DNA of 64,000 nucleotides from Desulfuromonadales bacterium (GCA_033549025.1 JAWSUS010000008.1:59905-123904), one strand, 5' to 3'. Shown: positions 19,133-27,693, counted from the first letter of the stretch. Translations and numbers: made by a program. Notes: generated by a model not told the origin, from the letters alone.

Positions 19133-20149
19133 TCAAAACACCGGAGCGGCGTCTTCACCGGCTCCGTCCCGCAGCTCTTCGTGCGGGGCGATCCGTTGGA
19201 AATGGTTTTCGATGACGTTGGGGTTGCCGCCCGAGCGGCAGAGCTGGAAGTAGGCGCAGGGCCTTCCGTACTGGAAGCAGTAGCTGGTGTTGCGGTAGAA
19301 GGTGTCGCGCCGACGGGCGTCGAGCATGGCCTTGGAGAGTTCCCACAGCTCCGCCCGCAGTTCCTCGAACTGGTCGCGGGAGATGTAGAGCACTTCGCGA
19401 TGGAACATGCCCGGCTCGAGGTACTTCTCCTGGAGCCGCTGCTGGAAGGTGTCGTCGTCCTCCGGCAGCTTGCGCTTGGCGCTGCTCTTGCCGGTTTTCG
19501 ACTTGGCGAGCAGCTCCGCCCGGCGGGCCTCGAATTCGGCCTCGGTCTCACCCTTGCCCTGGCGCAGCTTGGCCTTGACCAGGACGTTGTAGATGATGCC
19601 GCTGACCGTGATGCCGAGGGTCTGCTCCAGGTACCAGGCGTAGAGGATGATCTGGAAATCGGTCCACAGCCGCTCCAGGTAGCTGGCATCGATCTGTGAG
19701 GCGGTTTTGTGTTCCAGCAGAAAATACTGGCCATCCTGACGGACGATGCCGTCCACCTTCCCGGCGAGAATAAAACTGCGCGAGGTAGCCCCGGTCGCCG
19801 GGTTGACGATGGGATCTTCGAAGGTCTTCTCGAGCGCGACGACATCGAACTCTTCAGCCGGGTAGTGTTCCGCATAGGCGCTCATCATGGCCCTGGCGAG
19901 ATGCCAGTCGGCCTGTTGATGATCGTCCTGCGCCCGGTTCGGATAGGTCCGGTCGATGTGGTCGAGGACCTTGGCCAGATCCCGCTCGCCGTGCCAGCAC
20001 TCCAGGCAGTCGTGAATGACCGAGCCGAAGGCCAGATTGGGGTCGCGCTCGAGTGGCACCAGCTCGTCGATATAGCGCCACTTGCAGGCCATGCGGCAGT
20101 TGCGGAACAGCCGCCACATGGAATAGGTGGTGGTCATCAGCTCGCTCAT
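19133..20149 (-). CDS. PD-(D/E)XK (RecB/Cas4-like) exonuclease
   Basis: GKVDGI, LLEHKT, QIILY; N-terminal Cys plus C-terminal CFQYGRPCAYFQLC cluster. Confidence 0.85.
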   Translation of the reverse strand: MSELMTTTYSMWRLFRNCRMACKWRYIDELVPLERDPNLAFGSVIHDCLECWHGERDLAKVLDHIDRTYPNRAQDDHQQADWHLARAMMSAYAEHYPAEEFDVVALEKTFEDPIVNPATGATSRSFILAGKVDGIVRQDGQYFLLEHKTASQIDASYLERLWTDFQIILYAWYLEQTLGITVSGIIYNVLVKAKLRQGKGETEAEFEARRAELLAKSKTGKSSAKRKLPEDDDTFQQRLQEKYLEPGMFHREVLYISRDQFEELRAELWELSKAMLDARRRDTFYRNTSYCFQYGRPCAYFQLCRSGGNPNVIENHFQRIAPHEELRDGAGEDAAPVF

Positions 20150-20484
20150 ACCGCCACCCCCGCTGCCGCAGCGGCGGGCGCTGCGCGATGCTTGGAGGCA
20201 CAGGCGCAGCCCGACGGCTGGGATCGTTCGATCAGGACCGAGCGTTCGCCGTATTCCTTGGTGGCGAAGCCGGTGAAGATGCGGGCGAGGTCGCTGCCGA
20301 CATCGGTGGAGGCGTCGATCACGCAGGTGCGTCGGGCCTTGTCCAGATTGAACCGGCTCTCCATCCGCACACGGGAACGGCCATGCAGGCTTTCGACGGC
20401 CAGCATCGCCAGCATGAAAGTGTCTTCCAGTTCCTGGGCCGGGACCGACTCGTCAAAACGGTACTTGTAGGTGTCGTGAGTCAT
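20146..20484 (-). CDS. Hypothetical protein (112 aa)
   Basis: ATG (MTHDTY) after GAGGAG and downstream of a promoter motif. Confidence 0.7.
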   Translation of the reverse strand: MTHDTYKYRFDESVPAQELEDTFMLAMLAVESLHGRSRVRMESRFNLDKARRTCVIDASTDVGSDLARIFTGFATKEYGERSVLIERSQPSGCACASKHRAAPAAAAAGVAV

Positions 20485-20554
20485 GGTTGAACTCCTCTTT
20501 CGTTCAGGTTCTGATTTCCGAGGCCCCGGATAGCCGCACCATGCGGCACGGTGC

Positions 20555-20585
20555 TTACTTACCGGAGCCGGAGCCGATGCGTCGG
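20555..20585 (-). promoter_or_regulatory. Element-specific promoter-like motif heading the replication/recombination operon
   Basis: CCGAC-GCATCGGCTCCGGC-TCCGGTAAGTAA directly after the sigma-factor stop codon. Confidence 0.7.
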
Positions 20586-20588
20586 AGA

Positions 20589-21173
20589 TCACAGGTAGTC
20601 CTCGAGCCCGGCCTCGCGGAATGCGTCCCGCAGCTTGCCCAGCCGGTCGTAGAGGGTGGTTCTGGGGATGCCCATCTCCCGGGCGATTTCGGCCATGGTG
20701 CTGTCGTGCAGGCGCACGCACAGATCCCGGAGCTCTTCCGGAAGCGAGGCGATGGCCCGGTCGAGATCCATGCGGATCTCATGGGCGAGGCGCTCCCTTG
20801 TTTCGCGGGTGCCGCCTCCCAGAGAGCCCTCGCTATCTAGGAAGTCGATCCGCTCGGTGGTGTCGCCTTCGCCGTTGTCGAGGGGTTCGTTGAGCGAGGT
20901 TTGGCAGAGCCGCCAGTCCCGGCATTGGGCGAACCGTGCCTCCAGAATGGTGGAGATGTGACGTTCGACGATCCGGGCCATGAAGGTGGTCTTCTTGGCC
21001 TTGGCGGGATTGAAATGCCGCATCCGCTGCAGCAGATCGATCATCAGTTCCTGTTCGAGGTCGGGTCTGTCGTCCTCGGTGAATCCGGCCTTGCCTACGA
21101 GTTGACGTGCTTTGTGCCGAATGAGGTCGGCGGCATACTTGTCGATGCCGTCGTAAGAATTCTGTGAAACCAT
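20589..21173 (-). CDS. ECF-like sigma-70 family RNA polymerase sigma factor
   Basis: Region 2-like DLEQELMIDLLQRMRHFNPAKAKKTTF; region 4 DLDRAIASLPEELR...TMAEIAREMGIPRTTLYDRL. Confidence 0.85.
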   Translation of the reverse strand: MVSQNSYDGIDKYAADLIRHKARQLVGKAGFTEDDRPDLEQELMIDLLQRMRHFNPAKAKKTTFMARIVERHISTILEARFAQCRDWRLCQTSLNEPLDNGEGDTTERIDFLDSEGSLGGGTRETRERLAHEIRMDLDRAIASLPEELRDLCVRLHDSTMAEIAREMGIPRTTLYDRLGKLRDAFREAGLEDYL

Positions 21174-21320
21174 CGGGGCCTCCTCGGAGCGAGGAGGAGG
21201 TCCGCGTGGGTGTCGGCACGGGCCAGATCACAGGACAAAGCTGTCGCGTGGGCGAAGGGGTCGCAGGTACGCCGCCAATTGCCGTATTCGGCTCGGCGAC
21301 ACCCACAACAGCCTCCGCCA
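21174..21320 (-). promoter_or_regulatory. Structured leader of the sigma gene (long-range stem plus SD-sequestering hairpin)
   Basis: GTGGGTGTCG pairs with CGACACCCAC; hairpin CCTCCTCG-CTC-CGAGGAGG buries the RBS; related copy at 25218-25303. Confidence 0.5.
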
Positions 21321-21368
21321 TGCGTCCAGCTTGTTGTCCAGTGTCTAAGGGTTCAGGTCGTTACGTGT

Positions 21369-21695
21369 TCAGGCTGCCCGTTCCTCGATGCGCATCAGGA
21401 ACGGGAGACCGTGCTTGATCTCGAGCAGGCAGACTTTTCCGCTGCCCATCTGCGCGAGGTGCTCCAGCAGCGCCACGACCTCTTGCTTGAGGATGAAGTC
21501 ATCCTGGTCGCGCTCGGGCCGGGGACCGCTCTGTCCGCCCAGCTTGATCTCGCGCTCGATGACCGTGTCAGGGGTGAGTTCCGGTTCGCCGTCGCGGATC
21601 GGAATGTTGGTGATGCGGCCGAAGTTGATGTCCTGCATCAACTCGATGAGTCGCCGCTTCGGTGGGGTGAGGTGTGCTTTGTTGACTTGTGCCAC
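21369..21695 (-). CDS. Hypothetical protein (108 aa)
   Basis: GTG start after AAGGAG; same direction as the sigma gene. Confidence 0.7.
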   Translation of the reverse strand: MAQVNKAHLTPPKRRLIELMQDINFGRITNIPIRDGEPELTPDTVIEREIKLGGQSGPRPERDQDDFILKQEVVALLEHLAQMGSGKVCLLEIKHGLPFLMRIEERAA

Positions 21696-21755
21696 TGCCA
21701 GTCTCCTTGTTCGGAAGTTCTGGCACGCCCGGTGGCCAACCCTGTGCTGACCAAT

Positions 21756-21804
21756 AAAAAACGCCGGATCGCGCCTTCATTGGGGAAGGCGCTACATCCG
21801 GCGT
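21756..21804 (-). terminator. Intrinsic terminator between the QueC-like operon and the sigma operon
   Basis: ACGCCGGAT..GCGCCTTC / GAAGGCGC..ATCCGGCGT stem followed by a T-run on the minus strand. Confidence 0.7.
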
Positions 21805-21868
21805 CGCAATGGCTACATTTGGCGTAGCGGAAATTTTTTTTAGTTTTTTCTTCCTGGGTGGTCCCGGG

Positions 21869-23971
21869 TCATTCGTTGACTATCGGACGGACCTCCCAAA
21901 CGATCTCCTCTTCGGTCCGGTAGACCGGTTCGTTGCCGCACTTGATGGATTCCTTCAGGTGGGCAGCCAGCGGCTTGTCGTACTTCTCAAGATACTTGAT
22001 GGCCCGGTTTACGGCGTTCCGGAAGGCGTCACGGACGTTCTTTCGCTTGTCGTTGGATTTCCGGAGTTTGCCACCCAAGCCAACAGCCTCGTTGATCGCT
22101 GTGGTCACCTTTGCCATTTCTTCTTCAAGCCGCTGAATCTCGGCATCGTTGTTTTCTGCCCGTGCGTCTTCAATTTCTCGAAGAAGATCGTGAGCCGCCT
22201 CCCGGTACTGCTCGATAGCCTTGCGGTCGGCGACGAAGCCGGTATCGCCCAACGGAACCCCCTGGGTGACCTGAAAACCGTCTTCGGTTTCATCAGAGTT
22301 CAGAAACGTGTTGCAGGTATTGATGGCGAACCCGCAGACGATCTCGTAGACCGAGGTTTCCTTGTTCGGCCTTGCCAGGAGGAAATTGATGTACTCGGCC
22401 CCTTTATCAACACCCGTCACGAGCACTTCGGCGTTGCCGTTAAAGCGTGCAGCCCAGACACCCCCGCGCTTCCTGAAGTAGTTGTCCGGCTGATTCTGCT
22501 CAACCGGAATGGCGGGGACGGAGATTACCGATCCCGATTCATAGACCGTCCTGAGCAGGCAGTCTCCCGGCAAGGTTCGTTGGCGAATGGCGGTGATGTT
22601 ACGGCCAACCATGGTGTCCATTGCATCGCAGACCTCCTTGGCGTGGCGCTTGTAAAGATCATAAACCTTTTGTGCCACTCTTCCGGAGTTCCCATTAAGG
22701 TAGCGGAAGACCCGACTGACCTCGCTGAATCGGGCGATAAACTGGGTGATGTCGTCCTGCTCGCGTACCTGATTGGCACGCTCCAGGTACGCGGCTGTCA
22801 TGATCTTGTCTTCATCCTTGCTTCTGCTTTGGGTGAAGATATCGGCCTTATAGGCTTCCACGGGGTCATGCTGATCCGCTTTTGCCGCAATCATGGCAAA
22901 ACGCCTGTCGATGCACTGCGAACACGTTCCGCAATGCGTATGGTGATTGGTCATCTCCCAGGTATGGGTGCAGGTGGTCGATGCCGCGATCATGTCCTGG
23001 CATCCGGCCTTGGTGATCACCTCGATGACACCGGCCTTGGTTTTCCAGATGTAGGGATTCTCAATCGTGAACGGTTCGCCAGCCACCAGGCTGATGATTT
23101 CCTGAAAGCCTCGGATCACCCTGGGGTGGGTGGTGCGTGTTGCCCGGCCTCCGACTACCTGAGCGCAGACCGGCAGATTCAAACTGATGACCCCGTTTTC
23201 GTAAAAACGGACGCTTTTCAGATTGAGCATTTTTGCGATGGTCGCCCCGATAGACACATAGAGGAAGGATCGGCTGCGCTGGGTGTACTCGTAGTTCAGT
23301 CCCTTGTTCTTGTTGACCCGGACGCCGATGTGTAGCGGGGCGTTTTCCCCAGCCTTGTCGGCAATCATCTTTTCCAGTCGCCGGTGGCGCGTGTTGAGCT
23401 TCGGTGTCGACTTGTGGGTAACAAGGACGACCTTGTGTTTTTCATTCAGAACTTCATCGATGGCTCCCGCCAGCGAGTCCAGCCCACCTGAAAACATCAC
23501 TACCTGTTCCGGATAGCCGAAGAGCCGTCCGTCATCATCAAATTTCAGATATCCCTGGAATGCCTGAGCCTCTTTCAGTTTGACGAACTCGAAGTGATAG
23601 TTGTCATCAGACAAGAAACCAAGCGTGGAGCGCAGCGCCTGGTGGATATCGTCTCCGTTCCAAAAATCTGGCTTCCGCACCGGGATGATGAAGTGCAGAT
23701 CCCTGCGCCAGCCATGGCCAAAAGAATCGACGTCGTCGGCCCCTCGTGGGATGGCCTGATCGGCACTGTAAACGTAGGTGGCGATTTCGAGCAGGTCCTG
23801 GAAAGAATCAGGCACGTCCTTGCTCATCTTTTTGTGGATGTCTTCAATGCGTAGGGTGATCTTGTCCGGCCCATCCTTGCCCCAAAGGCGCAGGCGCAGA
23901 TCACGGTCAGGATTTTCTTCAATCCCATCGGTCGGTGCGTTCCCACAGATGATATATCGTTTATCTTGCAT
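21869..23971 (-). CDS. QueC/QatC-like PP-loop protein with an extra ~200-aa C-terminal domain
   Basis: MFSGGLDS PP-loop, QRSRSFLY, TRTTHP, Zn motif TCTH...HCGTCSQCIDRR. Confidence 0.85.
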   Translation of the reverse strand: MQDKRYIICGNAPTDGIEENPDRDLRLRLWGKDGPDKITLRIEDIHKKMSKDVPDSFQDLLEIATYVYSADQAIPRGADDVDSFGHGWRRDLHFIIPVRKPDFWNGDDIHQALRSTLGFLSDDNYHFEFVKLKEAQAFQGYLKFDDDGRLFGYPEQVVMFSGGLDSLAGAIDEVLNEKHKVVLVTHKSTPKLNTRHRRLEKMIADKAGENAPLHIGVRVNKNKGLNYEYTQRSRSFLYVSIGATIAKMLNLKSVRFYENGVISLNLPVCAQVVGGRATRTTHPRVIRGFQEIISLVAGEPFTIENPYIWKTKAGVIEVITKAGCQDMIAASTTCTHTWEMTNHHTHCGTCSQCIDRRFAMIAAKADQHDPVEAYKADIFTQSRSKDEDKIMTAAYLERANQVREQDDITQFIARFSEVSRVFRYLNGNSGRVAQKVYDLYKRHAKEVCDAMDTMVGRNITAIRQRTLPGDCLLRTVYESGSVISVPAIPVEQNQPDNYFRKRGGVWAARFNGNAEVLVTGVDKGAEYINFLLARPNKETSVYEIVCGFAINTCNTFLNSDETEDGFQVTQGVPLGDTGFVADRKAIEQYREAAHDLLREIEDARAENNDAEIQRLEEEMAKVTTAINEAVGLGGKLRKSNDKRKNVRDAFRNAVNRAIKYLEKYDKPLAAHLKESIKCGNEPVYRTEEEIVWEVRPIVNE

Positions 23972-24749
23972 CGGCTCGCGCTCCTTCTTTTAGCTCGTCC
24001 TTCATCTTTTTCAGCGCGTAAGAGGCGAAGCCATTGGAAGACTCCCTGGAGATGTCACCACCTTCTTCGTACCTGTGCTTCGAAAACCAATCTGCTGAAA
24101 ACTGCTCGACGATCAGGGACGCCTCTTTACAGTGCGTGTTCAGAGCCTTCTCGAATTGTCCCATTTCATTCATGGTGGCAAAGCGCTGGCCCTCGCCCAG
24201 ATGGGTAGCCAGCGTTTTTGAGAGGAAGTAGTTCATGCTCTCGTTGGTCAGCTTGGCGAAGAAAGTCCGCGACAGCTCTCCGAACTCCCGCTTTTTCCCG
24301 AGCGCTGCCAGTGCGGCCCGAACATCATCTGGCCCGGGGGCGAAGAGAGACGGCAGTTTGGGTGAGATGTGCTCTACCAGGGCTCCGACCAATGCACGCT
24401 GAGACATTTCACCGAGGTCGGATCGGCCACCGTTGGACTCCAATTTGTTATCCAGGGCCTCGGAGACTGCGGCTGCAAGATCGGGAAGGGATGTATCCTG
24501 CGGCAGGTTGACGCCGAGGGATTGGAGATGCTCGCCGAGGTTCTCCTTTTTTGCGGCAATGGCGAGTTGCGTCATCAACCAGACCGCCTCGGTGAACCCC
24601 TCATCGTTGAGCACGAAGGTGAATGCTTTATCGGCTGCCCGGATTGTTGCGTTTGCGATTTGGGACACGTCGGCACCGGCCGTGATCAGGCCGACCACCT
24701 CTTTCCATGCCCTCGACCTCGGAAGGCTTCCAAGTCTGACGTGCCCCAT
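23961..24749 (-). CDS. QatB-like helical partner protein (starts MGHVRLG)
   Basis: Overlaps the QueC-like gene; size, position and N-terminal Gly match the QatB-QatC arrangement. Homology is inferred, not shown. Confidence 0.6.
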   Translation of the reverse strand: MGHVRLGSLPRSRAWKEVVGLITAGADVSQIANATIRAADKAFTFVLNDEGFTEAVWLMTQLAIAAKKENLGEHLQSLGVNLPQDTSLPDLAAAVSEALDNKLESNGGRSDLGEMSQRALVGALVEHISPKLPSLFAPGPDDVRAALAALGKKREFGELSRTFFAKLTNESMNYFLSKTLATHLGEGQRFATMNEMGQFEKALNTHCKEASLIVEQFSADWFSKHRYEEGGDISRESSNGFASYALKKMKDELKEGARADAR

Positions 24750-24782
24750 GTCGATCTCCTTATTTTTCGCGACCCAGCATCG

Positions 24783-25016
24783 TTATTCGGGCCTCCTGAT
24801 GACGACGATGCTTCGGGCCTTACGAGCTTCTTTCTTCAGATAGCCTTTCCGTACCAGTTGAGCGATCTGCTCGTGGGCGCTCGCGTGGCTGATACCAAGG
24901 ACTTCCGACAATTCCTTCACCGTTGGCGGCAACCCCTTTTCATCGATGATTTGGCAAATGACCCTCAGCGTGTTTGCTTGTGGGTCGGTTATTTCCGATA
25001 CCTTTTTCTTTCCCAT
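24783..25016 (-). CDS. LexA-type DNA-binding domain repressor lacking the peptidase domain (77 aa)
   Basis: ITDPQ...GLPPTVKELSEVLGISHASAHEQIAQLVRKGYL...ARSI matches the LexA winged HTH. Confidence 0.85.
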   Translation of the reverse strand: MGKKKVSEITDPQANTLRVICQIIDEKGLPPTVKELSEVLGISHASAHEQIAQLVRKGYLKKEARKARSIVVIRRPE

Positions 25017-25072
25017 GGCGATTGCTCCGTGTCGTAGCCACTGAGCGGATTAAGCCCAATTTATGACCACAA

Positions 25073-25101
25073 AATATACGACCTGATGAACATCAGGTCA
25101 A
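25073..25101 (-). promoter_or_regulatory. Sigma70 promoter TTGACC-N17-TATATT overlapped by a perfect palindromic operator GACCTGATG-AA-CATCAGGTC
   Basis: Seen directly; the palindrome (25080-25099) fills the spacer upstream of the LexA-like gene. Confidence 0.75.
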
Positions 25102-25129
25102 TCAAAAAAACAGGACTTCTCGTCTGATT

Positions 25130-25160
25130 CCGTCATCTTGCACGTCCCTCCGGTAGGTAA
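25130..25160 (+). promoter_or_regulatory. Variant element-specific promoter-like motif pointing into the recombinase operon
   Basis: CCGTC-N14-TCCGGTAGGTAA: two mismatches to the consensus, identical spacing. Confidence 0.65.
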
Positions 25161-25312
25161 CGAACGCAAGTCCGGTTCAAGCCGGATGTAACCAGATAAC
25201 CGACCAGAGGCGGAGCTGAGGCGGTTGTGGGTGCCATAGAACGCGCATCCCGACCGCCACCGTTTTCTGGCATCCACACCATCCAGTCCCCCGGTCCCAC
25301 CGGAGGTGTTCG

Positions 25313-25555
25313 ATGTTGGATGTCCAGGAAATGAATGATGGGCCGGGGATGGATGACCTTGGCGAAAACGGCAAACCCGGCCGCTTGTCGGGTGAGGCGA
25401 GGCTCCAGTCAGCCGCTTCCATTCTGGCCACGGCGATCCTGCGCCGAAAGGCAAAAAACGCATGTGTGGGCAATGAGTTAGATGCTTTCGAAGATTCTTC
25501 CCCTGTGCTCGGAGAAGGACTTGATTCATTGCCGGAACAGAGCATTCATTCATGA
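25313..25555 (+). CDS. Small hypothetical protein preceding DUF2924
   Basis: GGAGG RBS; ARLQSAASILATAILR resembles small proteins seen in such recombinase modules. Confidence 0.55.
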   Translation: MLDVQEMNDGPGMDDLGENGKPGRLSGEARLQSAASILATAILRRKAKNACVGNELDAFEDSSPVLGEGLDSLPEQSIHS

Positions 25556-25589
25556 CAACTCGTCCGGAAAACAAAATAAGGAGTTGAAA

Positions 25590-26114
25590 ATGAATGAGTT
25601 ACAGAACGCCGCCACCGGCGGCAAGAATCAGGACCGAACCCGAAACTCGGTCCTTCGGCAGATGGCCCTGCTGCAATCCATGTCCCTGGAGCAGCTCCGG
25701 GAAAAATGGCTCGACCTCTACGGAGAAGAGCCGCCCCAGTACAAAAAGCAATTCCTCATCAAGCGGCTGGCTTATCGCATCCAGGAGCTTTTCTACGGCG
25801 GGCTGTCCGAGCAGGCCAAGGTCCATCTTCAGCAGGCCGCTAAGGAGGACCCGGTCGCCACTGTCAATCGACGCATCCCAGAGGAGCGGAAATCGAACGA
25901 GGCGATCCTGCCCGGGACCAGACTAGTGCGGATCTGGAACGACCGGCGCTATGAGGTGATCGTCCTTGCCGATGGCTACGAGTTCGAAGGTCGCACATTC
26001 CGGTCGCTCAGCGCGGTGGCCAGGGAGATCACCGGGACGCGCTGGAACGGCAAAGTCTTTTTCGGGCTGAAGAAGGTTTACGGCAGAAAAGCCGAGGGAG
26101 GTTCGGATGCTTGA
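25590..26114 (+). CDS. DUF2924 domain protein
   Basis: LREKW..LYG..PP, RLAYRIQELFYGGL, PGTRLVRIW, SLSAVAREITGTRWNG. Confidence 0.9.
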   Translation: MNELQNAATGGKNQDRTRNSVLRQMALLQSMSLEQLREKWLDLYGEEPPQYKKQFLIKRLAYRIQELFYGGLSEQAKVHLQQAAKEDPVATVNRRIPEERKSNEAILPGTRLVRIWNDRRYEVIVLADGYEFEGRTFRSLSAVAREITGTRWNGKVFFGLKKVYGRKAEGGSDA

Positions 26115-27693
26115 TAACAGCAATGTCGCGCCGGGCAAGAACAAGACCCTGCGCTGCGCCATTTACACACGCAAGAGTCATGAGGAAGGACTCGAACAGG
26201 AGTTCAACTCGTTGGATGCGCAACGGGAATCGGCGGAACACTATATCGAAGCCCAGAGGATGCGGGGCTGGACGGCTCTGCCGGATCGCTATGACGATGG
26301 TGGTTTCTCGGGCGGGAACATGGAGCGTCCGGGGCTACGCCGCCTGCTGGCGGATATAGACGCCGGGAAGATCGATGTGATCGTCGTCTACAAGGTCGAC
26401 CGCCTGTCCCGCTCGCTGCTGGACTTCATGAAGATGATCGACCTCTTCAACGAAAAGGGCGTCAGCTTCGTCTCGGTCACCCAGCACTTCAGCACCACCG
26501 ATCCCACCGGCCGGATGTTTCTCGGCATCCTGATTACCTTCGCCCAGTACGAGCGGGAGGTCATCGCCGAACGTATCCGGGACAAGGTGGCGGCAGCCAA
26601 GCGCCGGGGAAAATACTGCGGCGGCGTGCCCATCCTCGGATACGACGTCGACCGGGATAACAAGAAGCTGCTGGTCAACCCGGATGAAGCCAGGACGGTG
26701 CAGTACATCTTCCGCCGCTTCATCCAGATCGGCTCGGCCAAGAAGCTGGGCCAGGAATTGAACGAACAGGGGTACCGCACCAAGGCCTGGACCACCAAGA
26801 AAGGCAAGGTGCGCGAGGGCTCCGAATGGAACACCGCCCACATCTACCGGCTGCTCAACAACCGGATCTATATCGGCGAGATCGCCCACAAGGACCGCAG
26901 CTACCCCGGCGAGCACGAAGGGATCATCGACCGGGCGACCTGGGACAAGGTTCAGGCCATCCTGGAGGACAACAAACCGGTCAAGGTATCCATGGCCAGA
27001 ACCAAAATGGTCGCCCCGCTGAAGGGTGTCATCCGCTGCGGCCACTGCGGCTGCTCGATGGGACCGACCTACGCCCGCAAGAACGGCCGCCACTACACCT
27101 ATTACATCTGCCAGAAGGACAGCAAGCGGACCGTGAGCCGGTGCCCGCTCAAGCGGATTCCTGCCGGGGATATCGAGCAGGCCGTGGTCGAGCAGTTGAG
27201 CGCGGTGTTCCGCACACCGACGCTGGTGGCCAAAACTTACTTCGCGGCTCGGGACATTGAGCAGGTGGAGCGGGAGCGGCTGTTCAAGCAAAAAGCCCAA
27301 CTCGAGATGGAGCTATCACAAGCGCGGGAGCAGGCACTTGAACTGATGAAACCCGGCAACGATCAGCCGGGCAAATCCGAGATGCTGACGACCGTCAACC
27401 GTCAGGCGGTCGAGCTCTCGAAACAACTGACCCATGTGAGCGAGCGCTGCAGAGCCTACCAGGGGAACAGCATCACGGAACAGGATGTGTCGGAGGCCTT
27501 CCAAAATGTCGAGGGCTTCTGGGAAGACCTTTTCCCGGTGGAGCGGAATCGCCTCATCCGCCTCCTGGTGGACAAGGTGGAGATCCGCGAGACTGGAATC
27601 GACATGGAGCTGCGCACCAACGGGCTGACAACGCTCATCGCCGAGCTGGCCGGTCTGGCATGCGAAGTCACTGAACGGAGAGCAAGCCGATGA
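26107..27693 (+). CDS. Large serine recombinase (resolvase + recombinase + Zn ribbon)
   Basis: CAIYTRKS catalytic Ser, VYKVDRLSRS, CGHCG...YYIC zinc ribbon, coiled coil. Confidence 0.95.
   Translation: MLDNSNVAPGKNKTLRCAIYTRKSHEEGLEQEFNSLDAQRESAEHYIEAQRMRGWTALPDRYDDGGFSGGNMERPGLRRLLADIDAGKIDVIVVYKVDRLSRSLLDFMKMIDLFNEKGVSFVSVTQHFSTTDPTGRMFLGILITFAQYEREVIAERIRDKVAAAKRRGKYCGGVPILGYDVDRDNKKLLVNPDEARTVQYIFRRFIQIGSAKKLGQELNEQGYRTKAWTTKKGKVREGSEWNTAHIYRLLNNRIYIGEIAHKDRSYPGEHEGIIDRATWDKVQAILEDNKPVKVSMARTKMVAPLKGVIRCGHCGCSMGPTYARKNGRHYTYYICQKDSKRTVSRCPLKRIPAGDIEQAVVEQLSAVFRTPTLVAKTYFAARDIEQVERERLFKQKAQLEMELSQAREQALELMKPGNDQPGKSEMLTTVNRQAVELSKQLTHVSERCRAYQGNSITEQDVSEAFQNVEGFWEDLFPVERNRLIRLLVDKVEIRETGIDMELRTNGLTTLIAELAGLACEVTERRASR

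Noticed and set aside
19133..20149. Cas4-like nuclease as part of a CRISPR system
   Set aside because: It sits in a phage recombination operon with Sak4-like and SSB-like genes; no other cas genes.
21869..23971. Housekeeping queC for queuosine synthesis
   Set aside because: It is about three times longer than QueC, has QatC-type motifs, lies in a mobile element, and has no queD/queE/queF nearby.
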